A stretch of DNA of 62,173 bases, filler included, from Dirinaria sp. TL-2023a (GCA_051941275.1; 9 parts of 9 records of this genome joined end to end with filler, not necessarily neighbours in it), one strand, 5' to 3'. Shown: positions 1 to 12,918, numbered from the whole stretch's first letter. Notes: generated from the sequence alone by a model not told the origin. Numbers and translations are program-made.

Positions 1-1536
1 CCTTTATATTTCCCCAGCCCAACACGTTTGACGTTCAGAGCCTTTTTGATCCTCTTGAACCGCGCCCACCGCTGCCGATCCTTCTCATCGCGGCTCGTAC
101 TCGTGCTCGCCGCGTCCACGGCGGTCGAAGAAGGCGCGACCACACTATCGACCACGCTTTCCGCATCGCCATCGCCTTGTAGCGTTGACGCCGGTGGTGT
201 GTCTGACCGCGGCTCGCTGCGGGATTGACTTTCCGCACTGCGGGGCCGGAGCGCGTTCGCGACCCACCGCGCCAGGATCTCCCAGCCGGCGCGCTCGTGC
301 AGGGATGCTGCTGTTGCTGATAAGCTGTCGCTGGCGCTAGATCGGGGCCGGGAAGGCCCGTTCTGCGACTCGGCGTTGATCCACGGGCAGTAGTGCCTGT
401 GTTCGCCGATCACGTCCAGGCGCGACATGGCTGGTTCTTTGGGCGAGGAGGAGGGGGATGATAAGGAGAGGGTGGGGCGGAAGAGCCAGAGGCCCAAGCG
501 CCGGAAGCAGGCGTTGCAGGTTGCTAGTCCCGGGATGTGGTCTGTTTCGGCTTGCCAGCCGAAGAGGGCGAGGGTTAGGGCTAAGTGGTTGATTTGGGGT
601 TGGGGTTGGGGAGGAGGTGGTGGTGAGGCTGTGGGGGTTTCTTGTGGGTTCAGGTGTAGGAGTGATGTTAATTGCGGCGAGTCTTGGGGTTGTTCGAAGG
701 TTGGAGGTGGGGAGATGTTGGAGGGGAGTTCGGAAGCCATTTTTGCAAGGGAGTTGTATCGCTGGCGGAGGTTGGTGAGTGCTGTGGTTTGGTGGGCTAG
801 GGGTAATCGATAGATCGTATCTTTTACTATTGTTAGCATTTCGTTCCAGTGCTCCCGGATGATGGATACTACCGTCACAACCCCTCCTTCGCCATAAACA
901 GCCTCCTTCATGCTCTATAGTGATCATCTCAGCGTACTTCCCCACCAATTGCTCTCGCGCTTTTTCTCGCCAGTCGTCTTCTTCCTCTTCTTCTTCCTTA
1001 TCTTTCTCAGTACTGTCCGCTTCCGGGTCTTCCGAGGGCTCTAGCGGATCGTCCTCCAGCTTAACAACAACCTCTCTCCCACAACCACCAACACATCCGA
1101 CTCGCTCCCTGCCCACGCAGGACCAGCCGCGTTTGGCCCATTGGACCTCATTGATCTGTTCCGGTTTGCTCATCCACTTGTCCACGTGCCGGAACGTTTT
1201 GAGCCTTGCTAGGAACTGATCGCGATCCCAGGGCACGAAATTAGGGGCTTTGGGTTCCTCGTTCGTAGCAGATGATGTTGACGTAGCTGCAGGCTTGGAA
1301 ACGACCATTGAGTGCCGAACAGGGGTAGTAGGTGGGCGCATCGTGGAGGGGATGATTGCGGAGACTGGCCGAGCAGTTTTCAGTCTCTTGGCCGGTGACT
1401 CGGAGTTGGTGGGTAGTGTGGGTGTTGAAGCATTTTTTGTATCATGTTCTGGGGCGAGAGACGTGCTCGAGGCGTTCGAGATGGAGTCGAGGAGCTTGTG
1501 GAATTTGCGTTTCGTCGTACTCAGGGCGGTGGGCAT
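1..1536 (-). CDS. C3HC zinc-finger / Rsm1-like nuclear basket mRNA-export protein (Pml39/NIPA family), 3' end runs off the contig
   Basis: PWDRDQFLARLKTF...WAKRGWSC...CVGGC...HEGGCLW (zf-C3HC). Intron 872..821 (GT...GCTAAC...AAAG) restores CDDTIYRLPL. Exon 2 carries LALFGW, CFRRLGLW and HRHYCPW motifs and is open to position 1. Confidence 0.85.
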
Positions 1537-2114
1537 CTTTACAAATAGCCTGGGAATTGTTAAAGCTTAAGTAAATGAAGAGCAGCAGCTCGGGGGCCAA
1601 GAGTGTGGAACACACGAACAGGAACAAATGAGGTAAAGGATCCTGAACGAGGGGTTGTCGGGTCGTGACTCGTGTTAGATGACGGAAATCAAAGGGTGCA
1701 GCAGGTGCGTCTCGGTGGTGGTGCCGACTGCAGGTGAGTGTAACGGGTTACGGGTGTTGCAGCTCGATTGCTTGGCATTTTTATGCGAGTCTCTTTCATT
1801 CTTCAAATCAATTTCCTCCGCACTTCCGTCGCATCATTATTATTATTTCGCCATGCAATCTGTCGATTGCCTACTTCCAAAGCGAAATAAGTCGTCAGTC
1901 ACTTAATAACACTTAGATTATGTAGAAGCATTTGATGAATGATCAATCCTTATATATGCAAATAGGCAAACCTGGGATTCACGCTGACTGGCTTCCTGCC
2001 ACTTTCTTGATCCTGGCTTTGACAACGCTCTTGACCTTGCTCCCACGCGTTAGTCTTCTGGTCAGACATTTCAAACACCCTTCTTTAATCAACCAACTCT
2101 CCTTTTTCAAGACC

Positions 2115-3176
2115 ATGTCCTACGAGAGAGAACTTCATATTGCTCAGCTGGCCGTCCAGCGAGCCACTATTCTCACCCAACATGTCTTTCACCAGAAAGC
2201 TAAGGGAACAGAATCCAAGGATGACAAGTCGCCCGTGACTATTGGGGACTATGGTGCTCAAGCTCTAATCATCCATGCTATCCGCCACAATTTTCCGCAG
2301 GATGACATTGTTGGGGAGGAGGAAGCTAGTTCGTTACGAGACAATGCCAACCTTGCTGATCAAATATGGGGACTGGTCAAAAACACTCGGCTTGATGATC
2401 CCGTAGCAGAAGAAGAACTAGGAGGTCCAGTGGAAAGCCCTGAGCAGATGCTGCAGGCTATCGATGCAGGCAAGAGTGCCGGTGGAGCGCGGGGGAGGAT
2501 ATGGGCGCTGGACCCGATCGATGGGACCAAAGGGTTTCTGCGTGGTGGACAATACGCTGTATGCCTTGCTCTGATTGAAGACGGGGACGTGAAGGTTGGC
2601 GTTCTCGCCTGCCCAAATCTACCAGTTGATGATGCTGCACCATTATCCGCCGATGTCGGGCCGGACGGATCTGGCAGCGCAGGACGAGGCGTGATCTTTG
2701 CTGCCGTTTCAGGATCCGGTGCAGTAAGTAGGCCACTTGGTTCAGGCGCACTCCTACCATCTCAGCCAATCCAGATGAAGGATGTTGCGGACATCTCGCA
2801 GGCTACATTTTGCGAGAGTGTCGAGGCCGGCCATTCCTCGCATGGGGACCAGGCCGAGATCGCCAAGCAGCTTGGCATCACCAAAGAGAGCGTAAGGATG
2901 GATTCTCAGGCGAAGTATGGATCTATTGCAAGGGGCGCAGGCGATCTGTACTTGAGGCTTCCCGTGAGGGCGGATTACCAGGAAAAGATCTGGGATCACG
3001 CCGCAGGAGATGTGATCGTTCGTGAGGCCAGAGGTCAGGTCACAGATGCTAATGGGAAGAGGTTAGATTTCAGCCGAGGCAGAACACTCAAGGATAACAA
3101 GGGCGTCGTGGCAGCGCCGAAAGCCGTACACGACCAGGTACTGAATGTAGTGAAAAATGTTTTGAGCTCCAAGTAG
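2115..3176 (+). CDS. MET22: 3'(2'),5'-bisphosphate nucleotidase (PAP phosphatase, Met22/Hal2)
   Basis: MSYERELHIAQLAVQRA start; DKSPVTIGDY, WALDPIDGTKGFLRGGQYAV, MDSQAKY and KIWDHAAG inositol-monophosphatase motifs; no introns. In-frame upstream ATGs at 1935 and 1956. Confidence 0.95.
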   Translation: MSYERELHIAQLAVQRATILTQHVFHQKAKGTESKDDKSPVTIGDYGAQALIIHAIRHNFPQDDIVGEEEASSLRDNANLADQIWGLVKNTRLDDPVAEEELGGPVESPEQMLQAIDAGKSAGGARGRIWALDPIDGTKGFLRGGQYAVCLALIEDGDVKVGVLACPNLPVDDAAPLSADVGPDGSGSAGRGVIFAAVSGSGAVSRPLGSGALLPSQPIQMKDVADISQATFCESVEAGHSSHGDQAEIAKQLGITKESVRMDSQAKYGSIARGAGDLYLRLPVRADYQEKIWDHAAGDVIVREARGQVTDANGKRLDFSRGRTLKDNKGVVAAPKAVHDQVLNVVKNVLSSK

Positions 3177-3189
3177 AAGACTTGCAAGA

Positions 3190-4047
3190 TTATTTAATCT
3201 TCTTCGCTTTCAGTTTGATGGTCTCGCCATTGACGAAAATGCCCTTGCCCTTGTATGGCTCAGGCCTCCTCCATTTCCTTATTTTGGCTGCGAATTGCAT
3301 GACCACCTCCTTATCAACCCCTTCCAGCAGAATCAGTGTAGGTTGAGGGGTACTAGCTTTCATCCCGGGTGGGACGCCCAACTCGATAGGATGTGAATAT
3401 CCCACCTTCAAAGAGACAAAATGTTGCCCAGGATATTCTGGTTGTACCGTCACGGCCGAAGGCTCGACTGTTGCTCGATATCCAACTCCGACTAGCCGAA
3501 GTATGGCTGTGTGGCCTTCAGAGACGCCCATCACATAGTTGTTCAGGTACGCACGGGTTGTGCCTGTGGACGTTAGGATTTTGGGATCGATCAGGAAAAT
3601 AACACACGCACCCCACATTGCGCGCTGCTGTCGCTCGTTGCGATCTTGAACGCTTATACTGGCCTTGCGAGTACTTTCGTCATGCTCAAAAGTTAAGTAG
3701 GGTGCCATCTCGAGCGACAATTTCCCTAGGTATTACATTAACTGCTTTTGGTCTTACTTTACTGACTGGACGAAAACCGTACCTAGGGGCCCTTCTATTT
3801 CCAAGACTCGAGGCGACTCTACTCTACTAACAAGCTTTCGTTTTGGCGGCGGCTCCAAAAGCTTCAGATTGACTTCTGGCGGAACTGATATAGGAGCTGA
3901 GCCGATTCGAGATGCGCATCTTGGGTTACTCGAGAAATGTCTCGATGAGGATGCAGTAGATAAAGCCGGAACAAGATAGTCTGGCAATGGCAGGATCTGC
4001 CCTGGAAGCCTCCGAAGAAGTGAAGAAGTGAGTCTTTTCGTAGCCAT
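3190..4047 (-). CDS. MRPL6: Mitochondrial ribosomal protein uL6m, 3 exons (4047-3783, 3725-3612, 3563-3190)
   Basis: Presequence then SRIGSAPI, GPLG, MWGTTRA, LVGVGYRA, GYSHPI and RRPEPYKGKGI uL6 motifs; two canonical introns. Confidence 0.95.
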
Positions 4048-4634
4048 GGATCGAAATTTGATTACCATTGGGGAGAATTAGTTAAACGTCGAGCATGGTA
4101 CAGTCTCCAATGAAGGGTGCCAAGTCTTAGTATACAGAAATCACGTGATTTGGCGTTTGCGGCGGCAGTTCGCTTCGGCGCCAATCGTCAACACTCTTTG
4201 TATTCATCGTGCCAGTCGAGCCGTCCCCTCGGTCGAACGTTCTTTCCCACAACTCTACCCTACACGGTATTCGCAGTTACTTACTTTTGTTTCGCATTTA
4301 TTTTAGTCGATCTTCATCAGTGTGCAGCTGCTGATATCCTGCTCCTGCCCATCGTAGCCCAGCGTTGATCAGGAGGGAAGTCTCCACAAAGAGCGGGCTT
4401 TCAACTCAGTATGATCGTTACACCATGAGTTCGGAATGAATCCACACTTTCACCCACATCTCAACCGAGTTCATTTGGCAGACCCGTGACCTCATCTTCC
4501 TCTCCTTCTTCATTTTGATAGATGCGCTCACGTACTTAATCAATCGAGTACGTGGTCACGAATGCTTCTTTCCTACCTTTTCTTTCCATGCCCTCCGTTC
4601 TCCGAACTATCGCGCTTGACCATTTGTCAATACA

Positions 4635-6716
4635 ATGGTTGCGTTCAAAACTTTACGTTTCTTTACGGTGCTTCTAGGAGTGACCAATGTTTGGCTTATC
4701 AAAGGTGTCGTCGCCTTTCGGATCTTATCCAAAGCAGGCAGTGATTCAATATCAAACCGCCAGCATGGCAGTGGAGTCGAACAGGATCTAACAACCTTGA
4801 TACGGACTCCGCACACTGCATCTACTGAAGTATATTCTCAAGCAATGTCACTGCTCAGCTCGATGCAAGCAGCGCCCTCATGCCATCGCCTTGCTGCTTC
4901 GACACTTCTGAACTCGTGCCAATCAACTGAAGGACCCGTGATAAATACTGAATCATTTCTTGAATACGTTCGATCTGTCTACGCCGCACAGCTTGCGATG
5001 TGCGAAATAATGAGCGCTGAGTCCGCGATACCGGCACAGTGCGAACCATTCAAGCCTGGTGACACGAAACCCGAATGGATCAGCCGGAGCGGCACAGGCG
5101 CAAGAACAAAAAAGGACCGTGCTAGCCCAAGTCATATTGAGTCTCAGCAACTCGGTCGCTGCCTTCAGTCACTAGAGTCCAGACCGCAATGGTGGACAAG
5201 CTATAGCAACAGCAGACAGAATGCGGTTGTGATGTGCCAAGCTGCGAGGGTCGACATTGAAAAAGGTACTCTCTTGTGTCTTTGCTCTATTGGACCGCTA
5301 ACTTCATTACTAGATGAATTGATCAATTTGTACAAGTCAATGGCCAGAACGAGTAGCGAGGTCCATTCAGCACTCTCAGCCGCGTTGAGTAAATCGAACG
5401 ATGATTTAGCGCACCAAAAGGAGTTCTTAGCAGAGGTCCAAGCCTTTCAGAAACAGGTGTTGGATGACCTCGATGAATCGCACCAGGAGGCCAAGTCCTA
5501 TTTCGTGAAGATCGTTAACAGTATGGAAACAGTCATCCAGGGTATGGTGAATCGGCTTTCAAATACCATCAACACAATGGAAGCAGATGCTGCAGGCTTG
5601 AGTGAAGTATACAACAAATGCCGAAAACGCCGACGACGCTAAAGGTTTTCAGGACGTCCGAAGCTCGAGTCGCCAGGTGGTGGATCTACAGCACGCCGTT
5701 CGCCGGGTCTTTCAGCAAGTGATTGAAGGTAGCTCGGAGCTCGCTGCATCGCAGGCTAGACAATGGGAGCAGAACCAAGAGCTTGCCACGCAGCTGCAGG
5801 AGTCTTTAGGTTCTGTCAAAGATGGAGAGATGCAAACCGTTCTTGGCGCATTCGGCAACATTCGTAGCCAATTGGTGAGTCTCACTGCCTTCAATGAGTC
5901 TAGAACATCAGCTCACAATCAAAGCACTCGTCTGATGAACTTGTGTCCTTGATGCTCGCTCGGCAGACCCAGTTAGACCAGGTCAGTGGACGGCTTTAGG
6001 GTCCATGACCACCGGACTGACGAGAATCACAGCGGCTCATAGGCTTAGACGAATTCTTCGCCAAACTTGAGAACAAAGCGGAGGTCTTGCATGCCTCCCA
6101 AAGTCGCCAAGCGGAATTACAAGCGCGTCTTTACGATCAAATGCAGACAGAAATGTACGTTGCGCACGGGTTGCTTGCCGAGGTGACCTCGAGCGCCGCG
6201 AGTCTTCGGAATGTTGTAGAGGACACATCCTCAAAAATCGCCGACATGGCTGCCTTGGGAGGCTTCACCAACACGTTCTTGCGTTGGGGGTGGCTCTGTC
6301 TGCTGGTTTTTGTTCTCTATCAGTTCAACCCACTGTATGCGCGTTACGCAGCTGCTGCGATTGGTGAGTGACCATTGACCAATCTGGCACGCTGGAAAAC
6401 ATGAATTTTGGCTAACATGATCCCAGGAACGTTTTTACTCCTGGCGTTATCTGGCATACCGTGGCCATTGAGAAGTGTGCCGGCTGACATGGTGCTCATT
6501 CATTACGCATCAGGCGTTCAAATCCATTTACGGAGTCTGATAAAGATTCTCTGCTTTTTCATGATACCCCTAGTCGCAATAATATTCTACCATCTATCCT
6601 CTCGATTGCCGGCATTCTGCAATCGTGCGTTGAGCGTATCCGCCGCCGCCGCTTCATCACCACCTCGAAATTTGCATTCTCCACCACTGCATGAGCATTC
6701 TGCCAGTCACGTCTGA
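4635..6716 (+). CDS. KAR5: Nuclear membrane fusion (karyogamy) protein Kar5/Tht1, GEX1/Brambleberry family; about 6 exons
   Basis: Signal peptide; Cys-rich domain SCHRLAA...LAMCEI...CLQSLESRPQWWTSYSNSRQNAVVMC; coiled coil; C-terminal TM helices. Introns 5266-5313, 5607-5652, 5875-5924, 5982-6032 and 6364-6426 give one open frame. Confidence 0.88.
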
Positions 6717-6834
6717 AACGGACTTTGCAAATCTTTACGCTACATCCAACGCAACCATGACCGGAATCTAGTTCAAGAGCAGGTCCAGACTCGGTTTCAT
6801 ATAGGCATACCTTACACAGGAGGGCCTAGAGCGC

Positions 6835-6934
6835 NNNNNNNNNNNNNNNNNNNNNNNNNNNNNNNNNNNNNNNNNNNNTTAATTAATTAANNNNNNNNNN
6901 NNNNNNNNNNNNNNNNNNNNNNNNNNNNNNNNNN
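6835..6934. other. Artificial contig linker
   Basis: N44-TTAATTAATTAA-N44, stop codons in all six frames. Confidence 0.99.
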
Positions 6935-8491
6935 GGATGCGGGAAGGAGATTATTGGGCCGGAAAAAGGGGGAAGGAGGAGGAGAGAGAGGGAGTGCGGG
7001 TTTATTGTGGTGCGATTGAGGTATATAAAAAAGTTTTTGGGGGGTTTTGCTTTTGGTGTTTGATAGAGGGACGGATGTTTTTTCATGAGACGGTCAGGGT
7101 GGTGCAGTAGGGTATATTTCTATTCTGGGGGAGAGAGACATGTTTGGAATTTATCACGACGATGTGGCTAGGAGGCAAAAAGGAAGTAAGATGGAGGTTT
7201 GACCTGGTTTTTTGTTATTCTTCTTGCCCCCTTTCAACCTTTTTCTTTGAAGCTGGGTAGGAGATTAGCAGAGCTGATAGACTTGGAAAAGACGTGTATC
7301 GATCACTCACATGAAGAAAAAGAAAGATGATATACACAGTATACATGCTGAAATCTCACGCTTGGATATAGTTTGTTCCCCGCTTACCTGTTCTCTGATT
7401 TAAGAGATTGACAAATGTTAATATGGGATCGTTCGAGTATGGCAGGTGTGTGATGGGTAAGATGTATAATATCCAATGACGAGCGGGAAATTGAGAGTAG
7501 AGAGGCTGGAAACAGAATCAAGATTCGGCAAGTTTGCAACGTCTATGCCCTCCTTTGGTGGGAACGGAACTCATGTTCTCGGGCTGTTTCGCACCTACAC
7601 TTGAGCCTCAATCCTCTGTCTCTGGGTAAGCTAGATAGATGTCTTGATCCTCCGTCCTACATGCTCTACAGTACAAACGAACTAGTTCAGGGAAAACGCA
7701 GGTGTAATTCTGTAAATCAGTATTCCGATCCTGATCCCTCTCTACTTGACCAAATAATCCCTCGTTCATTAATCAGATCCCCTTATTCTATAACAAAAAC
7801 CTTTTCATTCTTACTTTTAAATTATCAGGGGGTTTTGAAAAGGAAATATATTGTAGATCAGAAATGAATAGATCACATATCGACCAGCTCTGAAAGGCGA
7901 AGATTTTCAGACATCACTCTGCGGGAAGTGGACGAGAGATCATCCAGCATGAGATGTAAGCGAGGACGTTTAGCATCGGCAGGTGCAGCGCGAAAAGAAG
8001 TGTCCATATCTTCCACCGCGCTTGACTATAGCTATACAACTAGATCAGTGGCAAAAGCATCCTGCGGTTATGATTGTAGGGTTTTGTACTTTGGATTTAT
8101 TGGGGCGCGGAAGTTGGTGAGGCCTGCCAAAGACTTTAGAAGATAGAAAGGGTAAAAGAGCGGTTAGTATTCATGATACTTCTTTCTGAGTCTGAAATTA
8201 TGAGTTATATGTATTTAATTGGGGTTTTTATAGAGATATATGGCAATAGAGGACTATAAATAGGACGCAGTTGTTAGAACCGGTGTCGGCCGACATCGGA
8301 ATCGCTTCTTGGAATTCTCTCAATGTACTAGATTGAAGCCAAAATCATTGACACTCCGAAACCCCATAGTTCAACCTATCAATATGCCAAATTATACGCT
8401 TTTGTGTTAGGGCATAAGGTACCGATCATGTCTGGTAGTCCCCTGGTCTGGCTGCGCACGAGCGTTGTAGAAATGGAAGATCCGTAAGAAA

Positions 8492-11400
8492 TCAGAGACA
8501 GTCGAACTGGTGGCCCGGGTGTGACTCGGTGGCTGTCAAAATGCATTTGAAGCAGAAGTCAAAGTCCGCACATACTGTACATTTAAACTGGGGGCCATAG
8601 ACATCCTAACTTGTTAGTCTAGGGTAAATGACAGTATGCGAACAGCATTAACTCACAAACTCGCATCCATCGCATATAGCTGGACGTTCTTCGCCGTCGA
8701 TGAAGCTTCGAGTAGAACCTAAATTGATAGGGGCTTTGGAGACAAGCCATTCTGAGAGATTCACTCGTCCTTTCAGTTTGTAGGATTCGGGGGAGAGCTT
8801 TGAGGCGCCGGCACGTTCAAGCGCCGGAATGACGGAAGCTCGACCATGATACTGTGCGATTTTGCTCGGCGTCCAGCCATCTTTGGTTTCCAGAGTTGGA
8901 TCAGCACCGGCTTCCAGGAGGATCTGTACGTTAGGAGCCTTGCCCCCCTTAGCAGCCCAGTGCAAACTTGTCCAGCCATCTTTGTCAGCCAGACTCGGAT
9001 CAAGCCCTTCGTATAGAAAGCGGGTAACTGTTTTGGAGTATCCAGCCGCAGCAGCATGATGTAAACAGGTTCGGCCCTGCGCATCAAGTATTGTCGGATC
9101 AGCGCCATGTTCGAGCAGCCAGACGACATGCTTTAATGTGCCTTCGCAAGCGAGCATCAAGGCACTTCTGCCTTGAGCATCGACATCGTTTAGCTGTGCG
9201 TATCCCACGAGGGCTTTCACTATTATTCCTTCTTCTTCTACCAGGGCCTCGACGCGCTGGGGTGAGCTGGACTTAGAAACGGCGTCAAGCATCAGCTGCG
9301 TGCAATCCGCATATCCCCTAAGGGCCGCCATATGTATTGGAGATTTTCCAAAGAAATTTTGTAACGTGGGATCTGCACGATGCGAAAGTAAGAGGTCGAC
9401 AATCATCTGGTCTCCGTGCTTGGCTGCATAGTGTAAGCTGGTATGGCCGTCAAGGGAATTTTTTGTATCCGGATCTGCGCCTGCCTCAAGCAGGAGTCGC
9501 GAGGCGCCCTCGTGGGCGTTTCTAACAGCATCATGTAAGGCGGTATCACCATTTACGCTACGCATCGTGATATCTGCGCCAGATTTCAGGAGTACACCTA
9601 TGACGGCTTCGTCGCCTCGCCAAGCACTATGCATCAAAGGTGTTCGCTCATAATCATCTTGATGGTTTGATTCAGCCCCGTTCTCGAGAAGCATAGAAGC
9701 GATTTCTTCATCTGCAGTGTTATGAAGTGCAGTGGTGTTCCAATTATCAGTAGTTGCAGGATCGGCGCCGCTCGCCAAAAGAGTCCTCACAGTGTTGCGT
9801 AATCCAAAATACGAGGCAACATGCAACGGGCTTTTGCGTGGTAACTCGCCCACATTGGGCTGTTGAGCCCAGAATACCACTTGCATGAGGTTGCTGACGG
9901 TCTGCTGCTGGTTAATGAAGTCTAATATGAGTCTCTGGCTTTTCTCTTCACATCTGGCATTTATCACATGGAGCGCCCAATAAAGAGAAGCGTACCGCAG
10001 TAGAGGGTAGTCATGGATGCGCTGCCGTACATAATATTCGCAAGGTTTTTTCCGGAATTCATCAAATGATAAATAAGTGATGCATACGTGTAGCAATTTT
10101 TCGTGGGCTCCAGGGAAATACTCAGATGCCTTGCGGTCCAAATATTCTTGAGCTGTATAGTGAACGAGCTCAACAATACCACTGTCCGGTTGCATCACAA
10201 CCATACCTGCACAAACTGATATAATAAGCTCCCCAGGCGGAATACCGTCGTGATCGAGGGATGAGTCCTCGAAGGGTTCTACAGCCAATGCATGCTGCAG
10301 CATACGCAAATCTAAAGGCATCGCTGCGCAGAGTATCCAGTAAAGCACCTTTCGAGCGAGCTGATGTTCGTCGATGTTTTGTGCTTCGATCCTCTTCATT
10401 ACCTCGTCGTAGGAGTCATCTAACACTTCTGGTAGTGACGACAATGCACTCTTGAGCTTCCGAAGGGTCGTCTTCGTCGCTAAGAGATCAAGATGCAGAC
10501 GAGCGAGCAGAAACCTACAAGTGCAATTTTAGTTCTCGAACGTTCTTCATAAATTTCTCATTGTAAGCAGTAAAGAGTAGTGAAAGATACTCCGTCATAG
10601 TAGCGTAATACAAAGGAAGATACACTGTAATTCTTTTCTTACTTTTGGGACTTTGAGATCAATTGTAGAAAAGACATCGTATGCAATAAGATTCGAACAA
10701 AGAAAGCTCATAATGTCACCATGATGTGCCCGAAGTCAGATATTTGAACCGAGGCAACTTAGGCAAAATAAATCCAGCGATGAGCGATACGACTACTCCC
10801 AATTTGTCGTCATTAAGCGTTATCTGCACAAAAGATGGCAGCACAGATTCAGAGATGGAAATGTGTTTTATACTCACATTCCGGAGGCTTTTTCTGTAAC
10901 GGAGCGTTTCAAGCTTTCCCTTAGCTCGGCATCCTTCGGTACCAGCACATTCAAGCGCTCTGAGGTCGAGACACGCTCTTCAATATAGCCCATGATGTCC
11001 TCGTCCTTAGCTTGAACTTCGACACGAGCAGCATTCGAGAGCTGTTGAGAAATGATCGGGATATGTCGTGAGGTTACCAGCAGGCGAATGCCATGCTGCG
11101 GCCTTTGACACTCCCTAAGCAAGATCCGCCTCACGTTGTTCTCCTCGGTACATTCGTCAAGAGCATCGATCACAATGTACACTGAAGAGAATCCCCGCTC
11201 ACACAGCGTATTGAGCACGTTTAGATACTCCTCAAGTGTTGGGCGGGAATTTGTAATTTTGCACCTTTCGTAAATGGGTGCTACTTCAGTCTTTATAAGA
11301 TTCGGACGTTGAAAAAGAAGCTGCTGTACTATGCTTGCGATAAGGTTCAGACTGCTATGCTTATCTCTCTCTTTATAATTGCAGTATATGTAAGCCAGCC

Positions 11401-12918
11401 CAATATCATCCTGTTGTAAAGTATGCCGCTGCAGATGGTTGATGACTAGTGCTCTGTGCCTCTATAGTCAATTATGATTCTGTGGAACGATTTGTAGCGG
11501 ACGAGCCTTACGCAAGAACTGTTTTGCCCGAGCCACCTATATGAAATCAGTTTCCTAACGACGGCTGATATATTTTTGGAGGTCATGAATATTCTAAATA
11601 GTATTTCTTCAACACAGGAAAAGTGGACAAGAGGTAATACGTATTCCTGTACACCACAACGCTGCAGATCCATGCGCTCCGAGCCAGGCTTTGAATTGGG
11701 TTGTCTTGAGTAGCCAAGTAAGGACTCCATCTTGTCGTGCCTCTTGGTGGAGAATGTCTTGTTGCTTTTTTTCAAACTCGCCTGCCAAGGGAGACATCCA
11801 ATCACAAATTCCAAGAAGGTACGTTTCTAGTATTCTGATGTCAGCAATAAGCCCAATCGAAGCTTTTCAAGTTATTAAAAAAGTTGATTAACAAGGGCAA
11901 ATAAGATTCTGAGACAAGTAACTGCCAATTAAGCGCCAGCAATCTTCAGATGAAGCTAACATCATTTGTTCAGCATCTGAACCAGGGGATTGTGGCGAGC
12001 GTCAGAATCTTGTGGCTCGTTAGTAATCCCCTGCCCATAGCAGATTTCTCTGCAGGACAGCATTCGTGTATGTGGTGCGATAGTGTTGGCTTGCCCTTGA
12101 ACGGAAGGAAAAGGGAAAACATGCTCTGCTAGAGCATGAGAATAGCAACGAGCTATTCTATGTCAAGAAAGTCGTTAGATACATACGGTTTTCCACAGTA
12201 ACCAGAGTGTCGAGGTTGGCAGACACACTTTCGGCCGAAAATTGCAAATCCTGTACACCAATCGATATGGAAGCGACATTGCTTCGTAAATGATGCACAT
12301 TATCGGAAACATCGCCTATTTGATCCGACAACACGGTGAGCTTATCCAAAGTATTGGCTGATGCGTCACTGTACAAGGTCAGAAAAAAAAATTGTATGAT
12401 GATAAGCCTCAGTTGTGCGCCATCTCTAACAGCGCATTCCGCCAAATGGCAAAAATCCACTGTGGGCCTGATATAATTGTGACTTACATCTGCAATGTGT
12501 TTATTGCTAAATCGAGGTCATCTCTGGCGTCCTGAGTTAGTTCCCTCAATTTCACGAGCGTGCTCTCTTTGAAAGGGTACAGTGTCCTTCGCAAGTGTGC
12601 CTTAGGTTTTTCGCTCCATGTGTCTCGCTTCGGGGTCAACTTGATCTTATCCAACTTTTTCTTCAGGCTGTTGATAGCTTGCTGTACTGCAATGACGCTT
12701 GCCTCCACATTTTTTGCGTGTTCTGTGCTGAAATCATTTTTTTCTACGACTTCTTTAATGAGCAAGAGAGTTTTTGCAAGCGCGTCGACGGACACATAAG
12801 TCCTTGCAACATCCTCCTCAGCACTTTTCCACGATCGATAGTACTGCAGAAGACCACCGCAGACTTCAATCCCGAGGGACAATAACCCAGCAACGCTTGA
12901 AGCGACCCCAAGCTCCAT
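8492..12918 (-). CDS. Fungal NLR: HeLo-like (fungal STAND N-terminal) domain, NACHT NTPase, ankyrin repeats, ZZ-type zinc finger; 7 exons (12918-12488, 12368-12187, 11826-11641, 11536-11512, 11453-10878, 10514-8657, 8605-8492)
   Basis: N-terminus MELGVASSVAGLLSLG...LYPFKESTL; spliced Walker A WCTGIRGSGKT; AYIYCNYK; Walker B YIVIDALDEC; LLVTSR; GMFLLARLH; many TPLH/TALH ankyrin repeats; C-terminal CDGC...CTVCADFDFCFKC...HPGH. All junctions keep phase. Confidence 0.9.

Noticed and set aside
337..872. C-terminal half of the 399-aa ORF as real protein
   Set aside because: It is read-through of intron 872-821; the conserved motifs are in another frame
7416..7795. Solo LTR (TGTTA...TAACA)
   Set aside because: Flanks ACAAA and AAAAC do not form a TSD; no PBS, PPT or second copy
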